Origin: an uncultured Opitutales bacterium
Lineage (GTDB): Bacteria > Verrucomicrobiota > Verrucomicrobiia > Opitutales > JAIRKQ01
Assembly: GCA_964577805.1 (NCBI GenBank)
Contig: CAZOAG010000004.1
Span: 67,634-131,633 of the forward strand
Direction of reading: 5' to 3'
Length of the DNA stretch: 64,000 bases
Shown: one piece after another, positions 37,994-48,022 of the stretch
Position numbering within the stretch: the stretch's first letter is position 1
How the letters are laid out: each line of letters begins with the position of its first letter
Notes under the pieces: model-generated
The model's input: the letters and a program-made list of their open reading frames with translations, nothing else
Told to the model about the DNA's origin: nothing
Databases searched by the model: none
Position numbers and translations under genes: made by a program

Positions 37994-40216
37994 CTATGAT
38001 AACTCACTGTCTGGCATTAGACATAATACACTCAATGGTGGCAAATATAACGACAATGAATATGGTCGACAATGACTAGATAGCTCATCAGCCAAACAAC
38101 CTCCTAAATTACCTCGATTTAACCCTCCATAAATAGCAGCATCAGAATTAAACACTTCTTTCCAACGACATAAATCTGGCACTCCTATTCTATAATTATG
38201 CCGTTCAACTGGAGTGAAATTACAAATTACTAACATTTTTTTATCATCTTTTACGGAAGAAGATTTTCTCAAAAAAGCTATGACAGAATTTTCGCAATCA
38301 TCACATGACAACCACTCAAATCCAGCTGGGTTCATGTCATATTGCGACAAAAAGTCATATCCTTTATAAAGAGAATTAAGATCTTTTATCAACTGTCGTA
38401 AATGTCGATGGTCATCATATTGCAATAAATGCCAGTCTAAACTTTGATAATATTTCCATTCATCACTCTGCCCAAACTCACACCCCATAAACAATGTTTT
38501 TTTGCCAGGCCATAACCACATATAAGAATACAATGCCATCAAATGCCGTGCCTTTTCAGCAATCGTCACACCTGGCATTTTGTATAACATTGATCGTTTG
38601 CCATATACTACTTCATCATGAGAAATTGCACTGATAAAATGTTCGGAATACTGATAAATCATTGCAAACGTAAGTTGGTTATGATGATGTTTTCTATAGA
38701 TTGGATCTAATGAAAAATAATTTAATGTATCATGCATCCATCCCATGTTCCATTTAAAATCAAAACCAACACCGTCATATTTTGTTTGACGAGTAATTCC
38801 ACTAAATGATGTAGATTCTTCTGCTATTGTAATTATTCCATGACATTTTTGATGAACAACATCATTCAATTCCCGCAAAAATGATAACGCTTCAATATTC
38901 TCTTTTCCACCATACTGATTCGGTATCCATTCACCATCTTTTCTACCATAATCAAGATACAACATTGATGATACTGCATCCACACGAATTCCATCAATAT
39001 GAAAATTCTTTATCCAATTAAGAACACTTCCCAATAAAAAATTTCGTACTTCATGCCGGCCATAATTAAAAATTAAAGTTCCCCATTCAGCATGTTCTCC
39101 CTGTCGTGGATCATTATGTTCATATAATTTCGTCCCATCAAAACATGATAATGAAAACTCATCCTTTGGGAAATGCCCAGGAACCCAGTCAATAATTACA
39201 CCAATATCATGATTGTGCATTATATCAACAAACCGCATGAAATCTGACGGCGTGCCGTATCTATATGTTGGCGCATAAAATCCTGTAACTTGATAGCCCC
39301 ACGATCCTAAATACGGATATTCTGTCGGTGGCATGATTTCAACATGAGAAAATCCCATATCATTGACATATCTTGCCAATCGCTCACCTAGCTCAATATA
39401 TGACAATGTACGGCCACCATCTTCAGGAATGCGCATCCAGGAATCTAAATGAACTTCGTATATTGACAATGGCAATTGTTGCCAATCCTTCTTCTCGCGC
39501 GATTTTATCCAATCATCATCATTCCATCGATAACCAGCAATGTCATAAACAATCGATGCATTATTTGTAGGGCATTCAAAATAATTGGCATATGGATCAC
39601 TCTTCAATCGAATGGCACCATTGGCGTCCAATATTTCATATTTATATTTTTCACCACATCTAATATTCGGAATAAAAATTTCCCAAATTCCTGATGTTCT
39701 CAACAATCGCATAGGATGATATCGACCATCCCAATGGTTAAAATCTCCAACAACTGATATGCGTTGAGCATTTGGCGCCCAAACAGCAAATGATGCTCCG
39801 TCAACACCATTAATTTTACAAACATGGGATCCTAATTTTTTATAGACTTCATAATGCTTCCCCTGACCAAATAAATAACAATCATAAGCACTGACTGTAG
39901 GCAAAAATGAATATGGATCATATTGATATCGCACATCCACATTATTCCCAATTATTACAAACCTATATTGGAATACCTTTGATCGTGTTTCAATAAATGT
40001 TTCGAAAAACCCACTATCGTCAAGTCGTTCCATCGGAAATAAATCCCCAGTAGAAACATCCTCGACAGAACAATGTAATGCATCTTGCAAATATGCACGT
40101 ACTACTACCCCAATAATTTTCTTGTCAGCCACGACCTGGTGCATCCCCAATCTATCATGTGGTGTAGCATGTCGTGCTGATAAAAATGACTGTAATTCCC
40201 CATCCGATATTATCAT
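37994..40216 (-). CDS. glgB: 1,4-alpha-glucan (glycogen) branching enzyme
   Basis: 740-aa ORF with GH13 blocks: GVIIDWVPGHFP, GIRVDAVSSMLY, TIAEESTSF, and the MGWMHDT / SHDEVV regions. Confidence 0.95.
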   Translation of the reverse strand: MIISDGELQSFLSARHATPHDRLGMHQVVADKKIIGVVVRAYLQDALHCSVEDVSTGDLFPMERLDDSGFFETFIETRSKVFQYRFVIIGNNVDVRYQYDPYSFLPTVSAYDCYLFGQGKHYEVYKKLGSHVCKINGVDGASFAVWAPNAQRISVVGDFNHWDGRYHPMRLLRTSGIWEIFIPNIRCGEKYKYEILDANGAIRLKSDPYANYFECPTNNASIVYDIAGYRWNDDDWIKSREKKDWQQLPLSIYEVHLDSWMRIPEDGGRTLSYIELGERLARYVNDMGFSHVEIMPPTEYPYLGSWGYQVTGFYAPTYRYGTPSDFMRFVDIMHNHDIGVIIDWVPGHFPKDEFSLSCFDGTKLYEHNDPRQGEHAEWGTLIFNYGRHEVRNFLLGSVLNWIKNFHIDGIRVDAVSSMLYLDYGRKDGEWIPNQYGGKENIEALSFLRELNDVVHQKCHGIITIAEESTSFSGITRQTKYDGVGFDFKWNMGWMHDTLNYFSLDPIYRKHHHNQLTFAMIYQYSEHFISAISHDEVVYGKRSMLYKMPGVTIAEKARHLMALYSYMWLWPGKKTLFMGCEFGQSDEWKYYQSLDWHLLQYDDHRHLRQLIKDLNSLYKGYDFLSQYDMNPAGFEWLSCDDCENSVIAFLRKSSSVKDDKKMLVICNFTPVERHNYRIGVPDLCRWKEVFNSDAAIYGGLNRGNLGGCLADELSSHCRPYSLSLYLPPLSVLCLMPDSELS

Positions 40217-40218
40217 AT

Positions 40219-41175
40219 TTATAATGTCAGAAATTCTTCATCGAGTGGGTCATTGTCCTTAATGACAAAACTTTCTGAACTACCACCTGTAACCTCAACT
40301 GGTATTTTGACCTCTTCAAACCCACCAGCTGACAAATATAACATTCCAGAACCAGCATCCCCGCCTTCAATAACTGCTGTAGCAGAATGCGCACCTGCAG
40401 GAATAAAAATATCACGCATGATTATACTGTCAGGAATATTTGTAGTAACTTCTATTGTAATGCCAGCTTCTGGAGCATCACAATCTACTGTAACAATCAA
40501 TGCTTGTTTTTCTCCAGGCGCTAAATCGATCTGCTCATGGTTGACATGCATAGAAATTTGATCGATTTGGAAATTTCCAAGACCAATATCACCATTATCA
40601 CTTACTAATTTAGCATGATACAGACCATGTTTACTCAACATAGGGACAACAAACGACAATGAATTTCCGGAAATAAATGTAGTATCACAAGTGACGCCAT
40701 CTATTTCAATATAATCTCCCTGTTCAAAACCACGCCCCAATAATATTATTGTCGAACCAGGGATCCCGCGATTGCTTTCAAAGCCAACAACATATCGATT
40801 CGCTATTGTCAATTCATATAATTTTGAACGTTCAAATTGATTATGAATTTGTCCGTAACACTGTGTTTTGTAATCTAATTCATAGTAATAACTTGCTCGA
40901 TGTTTGTTAGCTGGCCGTCTATAATTATATGTAAATGAACGGTCGCCAGTCTTATTCATTTTATAAATCTGACCATCGATGACTATACGAGCACTACAAC
41001 TATCCTGTACTATTGTCTTTCCATTCTGCAATACTTGCATTTCTAACGTATATACCTCAGATCCATTTTGTGGAACCTGCGCAGGTGTGACATTCTTCAT
41101 CATTGAACGACATCCACAACATAACAGCATCGCACATGATGCAATAATACATGACAAACACTTGCAAATTTTCAT
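40219..41175 (-). CDS. Exported (possibly lipo-) protein with an IPT/TIG-like Ig-fold domain
   Basis: 318-aa ORF with a Cys-rich signal region MKICKCLSCIIASCAMLLCCGC. GFESNRGIPGSTIILLGRGFEQGDYIEIDGVTCDTTFISGNSLSFVVP is IPT-like. A second beta-rich domain follows. Confidence 0.5.
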   Translation of the reverse strand: MKICKCLSCIIASCAMLLCCGCRSMMKNVTPAQVPQNGSEVYTLEMQVLQNGKTIVQDSCSARIVIDGQIYKMNKTGDRSFTYNYRRPANKHRASYYYELDYKTQCYGQIHNQFERSKLYELTIANRYVVGFESNRGIPGSTIILLGRGFEQGDYIEIDGVTCDTTFISGNSLSFVVPMLSKHGLYHAKLVSDNGDIGLGNFQIDQISMHVNHEQIDLAPGEKQALIVTVDCDAPEAGITIEVTTNIPDSIIMRDIFIPAGAHSATAVIEGGDAGSGMLYLSAGGFEEVKIPVEVTGGSSESFVIKDNDPLDEEFLTL

Positions 41176-41261
41176 AAAATTATTCGGCAGTCTACATAAC
41201 TACCATCGTGACACAAGAAAAACTTCACATCAAATAAAAAATAATACAAACCATATAGTAG

Positions 41262-43145
41262 TTATTGATATAAACTTTTAGGAACATCCAGCTGCAATGA
41301 CTCCATTATCGACTTAACAATCTTAGCGACAGAAAATCCATTGTTTTCTTGCAAACATCTACTCGATGTCCCGTGACCAACAAATCGATCTTCCCATCCA
41401 AAACACAAGATATTAGGTGTTATTCTTCGACTACTATAATGCTCCAACACAGCACTACCAAATCCACCAGACAAAACATTATCTTCAACAGTAACAATTG
41501 TACGATATTTCTCATGTATTAACGATAGCATGTCACCATCCAATGGTTTAATAAAACAGCCATCTATAACACATGCATCAACACCATTAATCTGCAGTTG
41601 ATTAATTACGTCATTTACTAATGGCCGTATGCTACCAAATGTAATTATTGCAACATCCTTCCCTGACTTTACAATTTTGGATTTTCCAAAATCGATGTCA
41701 TTTGATGCTTTACCAACAACAGGTAATACATCTTCTCTTACCGATTTCGGATAACGTATAAATACCGGTCGTTTCCATGATAGTGCAGCATGTAATCCAT
41801 TGATAAACTCATTAATCCCCCATGGTTGCAAAATAACAGCATTAGGAACCATTCTCAAATACGACAAATCAAATATTCCATGATGCGTCATTCCATCATG
41901 CGCAGCGATACCAGCACGATCCAAACAAAATACTACTGGCAAATTTTGGGAACATACATCATGCAAGATTTGATCATAAGCACGCTGTAAAAATGTCGAA
42001 TATATAGCACAAATCGGACGCATCCCTCCCTTCGCCATAGCAGCACAGAATGTTACAGCATGTTCTTCTGATATTCCAACATCAAAAAACTGTGATGGCA
42101 CTTCATCTCGCAATCGCCACAATCCAGTACCATGCGCCATGGCAGCAGTAACACCAACAATACGACGGTCATTTTTCGCCAACGATACTAACTCACGACC
42201 TAATACATTACTATAGTCTACCAGCAAATCAGAAATACTGCCAACAGGATTTACGCCATGATATTTCTCGGGGCACAAAACTGCATCCTGCAGACCTTTG
42301 CCTTTCGTGGTCTTTACATGCAATATAACTGGTCGTGTTGACTTTTTGCAAAACTGTAATGCTTCTTCAAGTTGTGATATATTATGTCCATCGACAGGCC
42401 CAACATATCGCAATCCATAATATTCAAAATATGATGTTGGCAATAATAACCCTTTTACTGCACGTTTAATGTTACGCACATTATTTATTACAGAACGCCC
42501 AAATTTCCCAGCACCTATGATCTTTTTAAAAAAACGAGTAACTGCACTATATAAACGACTGCGCATGATCTCATTTAAATATAATGAAATAGCACCAACA
42601 TTTTTGCTGATAGAAAATTCATTATCATTGATAATGACAATGAGACGTGCAGTTGTTGACGATACACAATTCAATGCTTCCATCGTCATCCCACATGACA
42701 ATGATGCATCACCTAAAATCGCAACAACATGATGATCCTGGCATAAAGAATCACGTGCATATGCCAGCCCAAGAGCAACTGATAATGCAGTTCCAGCATG
42801 CCCAGCAACAAAAATATCATGTTTACTTTCAGACGGAGAAGAAAACCCACTATATCCATCTGTCATCCGCAATTTATCAAACCTGAAGTCATTTCTTCCT
42901 GTCAATAATTTATGTGCATATGTCTGGTGAGAAACATCAAAGACCAATTTATCGATTGGCGACCGGAAGACACGATGTAACGCTATTGTTAGTTCTACAA
43001 CTCCTAGATTTGATGCAAGATGTCCTCCATTGGTCTTGACAACAGAAATTATACGTCGACGCAACGCATCTGCCACATCGTCAAGATCACTGGCAGATAA
43101 TTTTTGCAAATCACGCGGGGACTGTATCGTATCGAGTATACTCAT
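41262..43145 (-). CDS. dxs: 1-deoxy-D-xylulose-5-phosphate synthase
   Basis: 627-aa ORF with GGHLASNLGVVELTIALHRVF, FDVSHQTYAHKLLTGR, ILGDASLSCGMTMEALN and GISEEHAVTF. Confidence 0.95.
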   Translation of the reverse strand: MSILDTIQSPRDLQKLSASDLDDVADALRRRIISVVKTNGGHLASNLGVVELTIALHRVFRSPIDKLVFDVSHQTYAHKLLTGRNDFRFDKLRMTDGYSGFSSPSESKHDIFVAGHAGTALSVALGLAYARDSLCQDHHVVAILGDASLSCGMTMEALNCVSSTTARLIVIINDNEFSISKNVGAISLYLNEIMRSRLYSAVTRFFKKIIGAGKFGRSVINNVRNIKRAVKGLLLPTSYFEYYGLRYVGPVDGHNISQLEEALQFCKKSTRPVILHVKTTKGKGLQDAVLCPEKYHGVNPVGSISDLLVDYSNVLGRELVSLAKNDRRIVGVTAAMAHGTGLWRLRDEVPSQFFDVGISEEHAVTFCAAMAKGGMRPICAIYSTFLQRAYDQILHDVCSQNLPVVFCLDRAGIAAHDGMTHHGIFDLSYLRMVPNAVILQPWGINEFINGLHAALSWKRPVFIRYPKSVREDVLPVVGKASNDIDFGKSKIVKSGKDVAIITFGSIRPLVNDVINQLQINGVDACVIDGCFIKPLDGDMLSLIHEKYRTIVTVEDNVLSGGFGSAVLEHYSSRRITPNILCFGWEDRFVGHGTSSRCLQENNGFSVAKIVKSIMESLQLDVPKSLYQ

Positions 43146-45403
43146 TGTTCAGATGAAACACATATCATCCCAACATCCTCGCGATTGATCATTATCCAGT
43201 CCCTAACTATACGCAAGCATTCATTAAGATTTACATCGAACATGACAATGCCATCCATGTCCTTCTTATCATTATTTTCTTGTGACTCATCATCAACATC
43301 TGGCAATAATATTGATTCCACACGCCGATCATCTTCTTTTTTAAATTGATTAATTATATCAGTAATCTCAGCAACCTGACGATCGTCATCATCCTTTTCT
43401 TGTAACCGGAACAAAATATTTAATGACATTTCTTTTTTATTAACAGCAGAATCAAAACGCTTGATCCTCATGTCCATTACATCGAATTCTGGCAATGTTT
43501 TCTGACGAACTAATGACATTTCATTTAATTTATTTATCAATACATCATCAACAAAACACCGCATATCCTCCTGCGCTTGTTCATAATCAAATGACACTGG
43601 CGGAACTGTATCCCAATTTAAAGCATGAGGATAATCTGCTTCTCTTTTATGAAAGCATTGATCAAGGCTAGGCAATACAATGTCAGACGGCACACCTTTC
43701 AATTGTGTCGAACGACCAGTCGGCAAATACCATTTTTGTACAGTAATATACGCAGCACCAAGGTTTTTATTCTTTGGCAGAGCATTAAAAAATAAATTCA
43801 TATCAAGCGCTGCTTGTACACTCCCCTTTCCATACGTAGCATCTGCACCGACAATAATTGCACGCTTATGATCACGCATCGCACCAATTAAAATTTCTGA
43901 TGCAGAAGCACTCATCGATGATGACAATATTGCCAACGGACCGTCCCATTCTATTGCATCATTTTCATCAGCTAAATTATCTACTTTCCCAAATGAATCT
44001 TTTACCTGAACAACAGGGCCGCTCTTGATAAACATTCCAGCAATCGACACTGCTTGATTTAATAATCCACCACCATTTTGACGAAGATCAAGAATAATAC
44101 CATCAACATGCTTTTCTTTTAATATACCAAGCAACGTTTGAATGTCCTTGTCGGCATGTACAGCTACAGTGTCACTAGGGTCAGCATCACCATAAAATGA
44201 CGGTAATTCAATAACCCCTATGCGAACGATGTCTGAATTCCCATCCGACAATTCAACATATTTTGCACTAGCACGTGTTGCATTCAATTTAACATGGTCG
44301 CGGACCAATCGCACAATCTTGGAATCTCCTGTCGCTGTATTTATTTTTATACGAACAATAGTATCTTTTTCTCCACGTAATAATCTTACCGTCTTGTGCA
44401 AACGCATCCCAACAACATCAACAAACTCACCATCATCCCCTTGAGCAACTGCAATGATTTTATCACCAGATTGTACTTCTCCTGACAACTGTGCAGGCCC
44501 TCCTGGCGTAAGTTTATTTATTGTACATATGCCATTCTCATCACGCAATTCAGCGCCAATTCCAATCAATGCATTATGAATATGAATATTCAAATCTTCA
44601 AAAGAATCTTTCGATAAAAAACTTGTATGTGGGTCATACATTTTCGATATGCTATTCAAGAACATTTCCTGCAACATCCAAGAATCGAACTCCAAATACG
44701 ATCGCTTACCATTTTCAAATCGTTTACGAATATTCGCTATTGCTTCCGGCAAATATTGTTCAATATCTTCAACGGAACATATTTTATTGTTCTCTCCTTC
44801 TATACTTTCAGAATTATCACTAACAATATCCTCGTTATTCTTTGTCTTGGCACGGAACAAACTAAATGCTTCATTCAATATATCATATTTCAACCGTTGT
44901 TCCCACAAAACATCTGCTTCTTCAGCTGTTTTCGGCCATTCTGCATCCTTTCTGTCAAACACAAACGTATCATCTTGATAGAAATCAAATGGCTTATTTA
45001 ACCGATCTAATGCCCAATCCATGCGCTGATATGCTGCATTACGAAATGTTTCAAATATACTAAATGCTGGTGTTAAACTTCCTCCGCTGACAAATATATC
45101 CAACGTTGCAACATACTTCTTAATCAAACCATCTACTTCACTCTGAAGCAAGATCATCTTGTTTATGTCTAACTCCGATATAAAATCTGTAAGAATATCA
45201 CGATTGTCTAACATCGAAATATTTTTATGCTCAAGATGTAACTCTTCCATGCACCGCACCATATAAATGGTCTCAGCACGCATCTCCCGAGTAGGCCCGA
45301 ATGGTTTTTCTACTTTAGACGCGTCATCTGCTATTAGTCGTCCACAAAATATTGCACATGACAACAATAGAACACGCCAACCATTTGTATTCCAATATTT
45401 CAT
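43142..45403 (-). CDS. Tail-specific (C-terminal processing) protease, S41 family, long Prc/Tsp type
   Basis: 753-aa ORF with a signal peptide, a PDZ domain (GIGAELRDENGICTINKLTPGGPAQLSGEVQSGDKIIAV) and the S41 core (LDLRQNGGG, SSMSASASEILIGAMRDHKRAIIVGADATYGKGSVQ). The stop overlaps the dxs start. Confidence 0.9.
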   Translation of the reverse strand: MKYWNTNGWRVLLLSCAIFCGRLIADDASKVEKPFGPTREMRAETIYMVRCMEELHLEHKNISMLDNRDILTDFISELDINKMILLQSEVDGLIKKYVATLDIFVSGGSLTPAFSIFETFRNAAYQRMDWALDRLNKPFDFYQDDTFVFDRKDAEWPKTAEEADVLWEQRLKYDILNEAFSLFRAKTKNNEDIVSDNSESIEGENNKICSVEDIEQYLPEAIANIRKRFENGKRSYLEFDSWMLQEMFLNSISKMYDPHTSFLSKDSFEDLNIHIHNALIGIGAELRDENGICTINKLTPGGPAQLSGEVQSGDKIIAVAQGDDGEFVDVVGMRLHKTVRLLRGEKDTIVRIKINTATGDSKIVRLVRDHVKLNATRASAKYVELSDGNSDIVRIGVIELPSFYGDADPSDTVAVHADKDIQTLLGILKEKHVDGIILDLRQNGGGLLNQAVSIAGMFIKSGPVVQVKDSFGKVDNLADENDAIEWDGPLAILSSSMSASASEILIGAMRDHKRAIIVGADATYGKGSVQAALDMNLFFNALPKNKNLGAAYITVQKWYLPTGRSTQLKGVPSDIVLPSLDQCFHKREADYPHALNWDTVPPVSFDYEQAQEDMRCFVDDVLINKLNEMSLVRQKTLPEFDVMDMRIKRFDSAVNKKEMSLNILFRLQEKDDDDRQVAEITDIINQFKKEDDRRVESILLPDVDDESQENNDKKDMDGIVMFDVNLNECLRIVRDWIMINREDVGMICVSSEQ

Positions 45404-45515
45404 ATCTTTATACCATCCATTAATGTTTTCTTACGACAATATTTTGCAAGCACAATCATACAAAAACACTGTATATATGCTACAAAACCATGCCTATTGA
45501 ATATATTAAAAAACT

Positions 45516-46748
45516 CTACGATATATGACTGATCATCGTATTCATCGGCAAAAACAATGCTATCGCTATTGTACCAACAATAATTGCTAATATGATAATC
45601 ATCACCGGTTCAATCAATGTTGTCACAATGGTCAACTGCGACAATACTTCATTTTCATAGCTCTCTGACGCTCTTTCAAATGCTAAAGCAATATCACCAG
45701 CATGTTCTCCAGCATATATTAATCCACAAACTTGTGCTGGTATCATGGAACAATTTTGAAAACAATCAGACAATGTTTCGCCACATAATAATCGTGATAA
45801 GATATGCTGCATTGATCGGCGTAAATTGCTATGATTGATCAATGTTATTGATAGCGACATTGCATCCTGTAGTGACATTTTAAATGCCAATAACATGTGC
45901 ATTGTTCTGAAAAAATTATGTAAATCGACTGCAATATATATACGATTAAACAATGGAATCTTCGACATTATATCAAACAACAATAGTCGAAACTTAGAAT
46001 AGCGCATCAATTTTAACACACCAACAGAAATCATAATAACACTTAATACTATACCAACAATATGTCCTTGAAAAAACTTACAACAAGATAACAATCCGCG
46101 TGTTATCGCTGGCAATTCAACGCGGCTTCCATTTGAAAAAAATATTGTTTCAAACTTTGGCACAACAAAACTTACAAGAACAATCAATGCTATGATTGAT
46201 GATAACAAAACAATGACTGGATATACCAATGCTGACTTTATTTTCTTCGTCATATTTTCTACATGTCTTCCGACTGCTGATAACTTTTGAAGAGCTAATT
46301 CAGGATGCCCTATTTTCTCTGCTGCTCGAACAGAACGTATTTCTGTCTGCGAAAAAATATCATCACAACATGACATCGCTTCCGACAATGCCATTCCACC
46401 AGCAATCCTTTCTTGCAATGCCAACATTATACGGCCCAAAACATCACCATTGTTCGTCTTTCTCAGTAACACTTGCAAACATTGATTAATATTCAGTCCA
46501 GCTGATAACATTACAGCCAATTCTTCAAACCAAGAAGACTTTTGTCTAAAAAAATTTCTCCTATCACGTATAGATAGAGCAGTTTTCTTTAATATATTTG
46601 ATCGACCAGTATCATATACTGGCTGTATCAATTCAATATTTATGCCATTTTGTTGCAATATCTTTTCAGCGGTAGATTTATTATCTGCAGATAGTTCCCC
46701 ATGAATTATATTTTGATCATTATCCTTTGCAAGATACCTAAACAACAT
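45516..46748 (-). CDS. gspF: GspF/PilC-family inner-membrane platform protein (T2SS/T4P)
   Basis: 410-aa ORF with two GspF repeats (LSAGLNINQCLQVL..., LLAFKMSLQDAMSL...) and 3 TM helices. No gspE, gspD or pseudopilin gene is adjacent. Confidence 0.85.
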   Translation of the reverse strand: MLFRYLAKDNDQNIIHGELSADNKSTAEKILQQNGINIELIQPVYDTGRSNILKKTALSIRDRRNFFRQKSSWFEELAVMLSAGLNINQCLQVLLRKTNNGDVLGRIMLALQERIAGGMALSEAMSCCDDIFSQTEIRSVRAAEKIGHPELALQKLSAVGRHVENMTKKIKSALVYPVIVLLSSIIALIVLVSFVVPKFETIFFSNGSRVELPAITRGLLSCCKFFQGHIVGIVLSVIMISVGVLKLMRYSKFRLLLFDIMSKIPLFNRIYIAVDLHNFFRTMHMLLAFKMSLQDAMSLSITLINHSNLRRSMQHILSRLLCGETLSDCFQNCSMIPAQVCGLIYAGEHAGDIALAFERASESYENEVLSQLTIVTTLIEPVMIIILAIIVGTIAIALFLPMNTMISHIS

Positions 46749-46921
46749 GACACCAACGACATGTTACAAAAAATATCATTAATGGCAACATTATTGACCA
46801 ATTGCACCTCTTGCGGAAAGATTTGGTGTAATTCTTCATAATGTATATACAAAAAAACCGCCATACTATCAATGTGTGTTGATTGACAACATGGCGGCTA
46901 ATTGAAGTATCAATATTACAA

Positions 46922-47785
46922 TTACTTTTCTTGTGAAGATTGTGATGGCAATATATCGTATATTCTAGAACGAACTTCATCCATAGTTCCTTCTGCACTA
47001 ATGTCATATACATCGAGGACATTTTCCAATATTGCAACACAACGATATGCTGATGCAGCATATGTATTATACCTATTTTCCGCAGCTTCTTCCGACATAT
47101 CAGTTTCACGAACAGGGACAACAGGTTGTCCATTCTGAATCGCTAATTCATTTTGTTTTTTAGCAGCTTCTCCACGTGCTAATTGACGATCGATGCTCGT
47201 CTGTTTTGTGACAGAAAAATTAATCATACGGAATACGGTCGTAGCATCATTGTTCTGCTCGTCCAACTTCGCAATCAAACATTTCAAGAAGTATGCCTGT
47301 ATTGGAGATCGCGGGAATCCATCAATTATTACACCACGAGCATTTTCAGCACGTAACAATTCATTCATAACTTGACGGACAACGATATCATCCGCTATCA
47401 ATTTTCCCTGTGCTTTTAACTCCTCACATTCAGGAGAGTTCAACAATGAACTGACTTCAATCGGCTTTGTAGGAATTTCCAATATGCGCATTACTGTCAA
47501 TGTATTTGTTCCCTTGCCGGCTCCTGGCGCACCATTCAAAAACACTACTTGCGACGGCAAAATAATATTCGACTCTCCAAATTGAGTTGCAAGCTCGTCC
47601 CAGACTTGATTGAACAACGCATTTGCTACAATTTCATCATCTTTTTTTTCTTGTTGCACTTGCGAAACTTCATTCATGGCAACTTCTTCCTCTGACAACT
47701 TTTGCGCTCCATTCTCAGCATTCGCATTATGTGCAGATAAAACCACAGCTGTAAACATAAAAATACTAAAAAGCTTTTTCAACAT
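46922..47785 (-). CDS. Adenylate-kinase-family protein with an N-terminal Sec signal peptide
   Basis: The ATG at 47785 (GGGGG SD-like run upstream) gives MLKKLFSIFMFTAVVLSAHNANA|ENG (n-, h- and AxA regions). After a ~55-aa linker come FLNGAPGAGKGT (P-loop), GKLIADDIV, IIDGFPR and RETDMSEEAAENRYNTY (the RxDD..E....R region). The track's longer start at 47977 adds 64 unlikely residues. Confidence 0.7.
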   Translation of the reverse strand: MLKKLFSIFMFTAVVLSAHNANAENGAQKLSEEEVAMNEVSQVQQEKKDDEIVANALFNQVWDELATQFGESNIILPSQVVFLNGAPGAGKGTNTLTVMRILEIPTKPIEVSSLLNSPECEELKAQGKLIADDIVVRQVMNELLRAENARGVIIDGFPRSPIQAYFLKCLIAKLDEQNNDATTVFRMINFSVTKQTSIDRQLARGEAAKKQNELAIQNGQPVVPVRETDMSEEAAENRYNTYAASAYRCVAILENVLDVYDISAEGTMDEVRSRIYDILPSQSSQEK

Positions 47786-47991
47786 ATCGCCCCCACAAGT
47801 CAACAAACATAAGTCGAAAGAACTTCCAATCCAGCAAAATCTTTTTTGCAATAAAAATTTTAATGCGCATGGCATTTTACTTAAAAAATGCAATTCAAGT
47901 ATGAAAATTGCTGTTTTGACGCACACAACCATCACTAAATAGGTTGCAAAGTTATAGTACAGTGTTTGAAATGCCACTCACTTACATGTCG

Positions 47992-48022
47992 AAAAGAAAA
48001 AATAACATTGTCAACAATTGAC
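47992..48022 (+). promoter_or_regulatory. Conserved upstream element of lipoprotein paralog A (A-run plus GTCAA-CAA-TTGAC)
   Basis: AAAAGAAAAAATAACATTGTCAACAATTGAC is nearly identical to the element before paralog B. The right arm of the small palindrome (48010-48022) contains the TTG start. Confidence 0.4.

Noticed and set aside
47786..47977. 64-aa N-terminal extension of the adenylate-kinase-like ORF, and the overlapping ORF 46738..47133.
   Set aside because: The extension is hydrophobic and Cys-rich nonsense with no SD. The internal ATG at 47785 has a G-rich SD-like run and yields a textbook signal peptide. ORF 46738..47133 overlaps the 3' end of the kinase gene out of frame.
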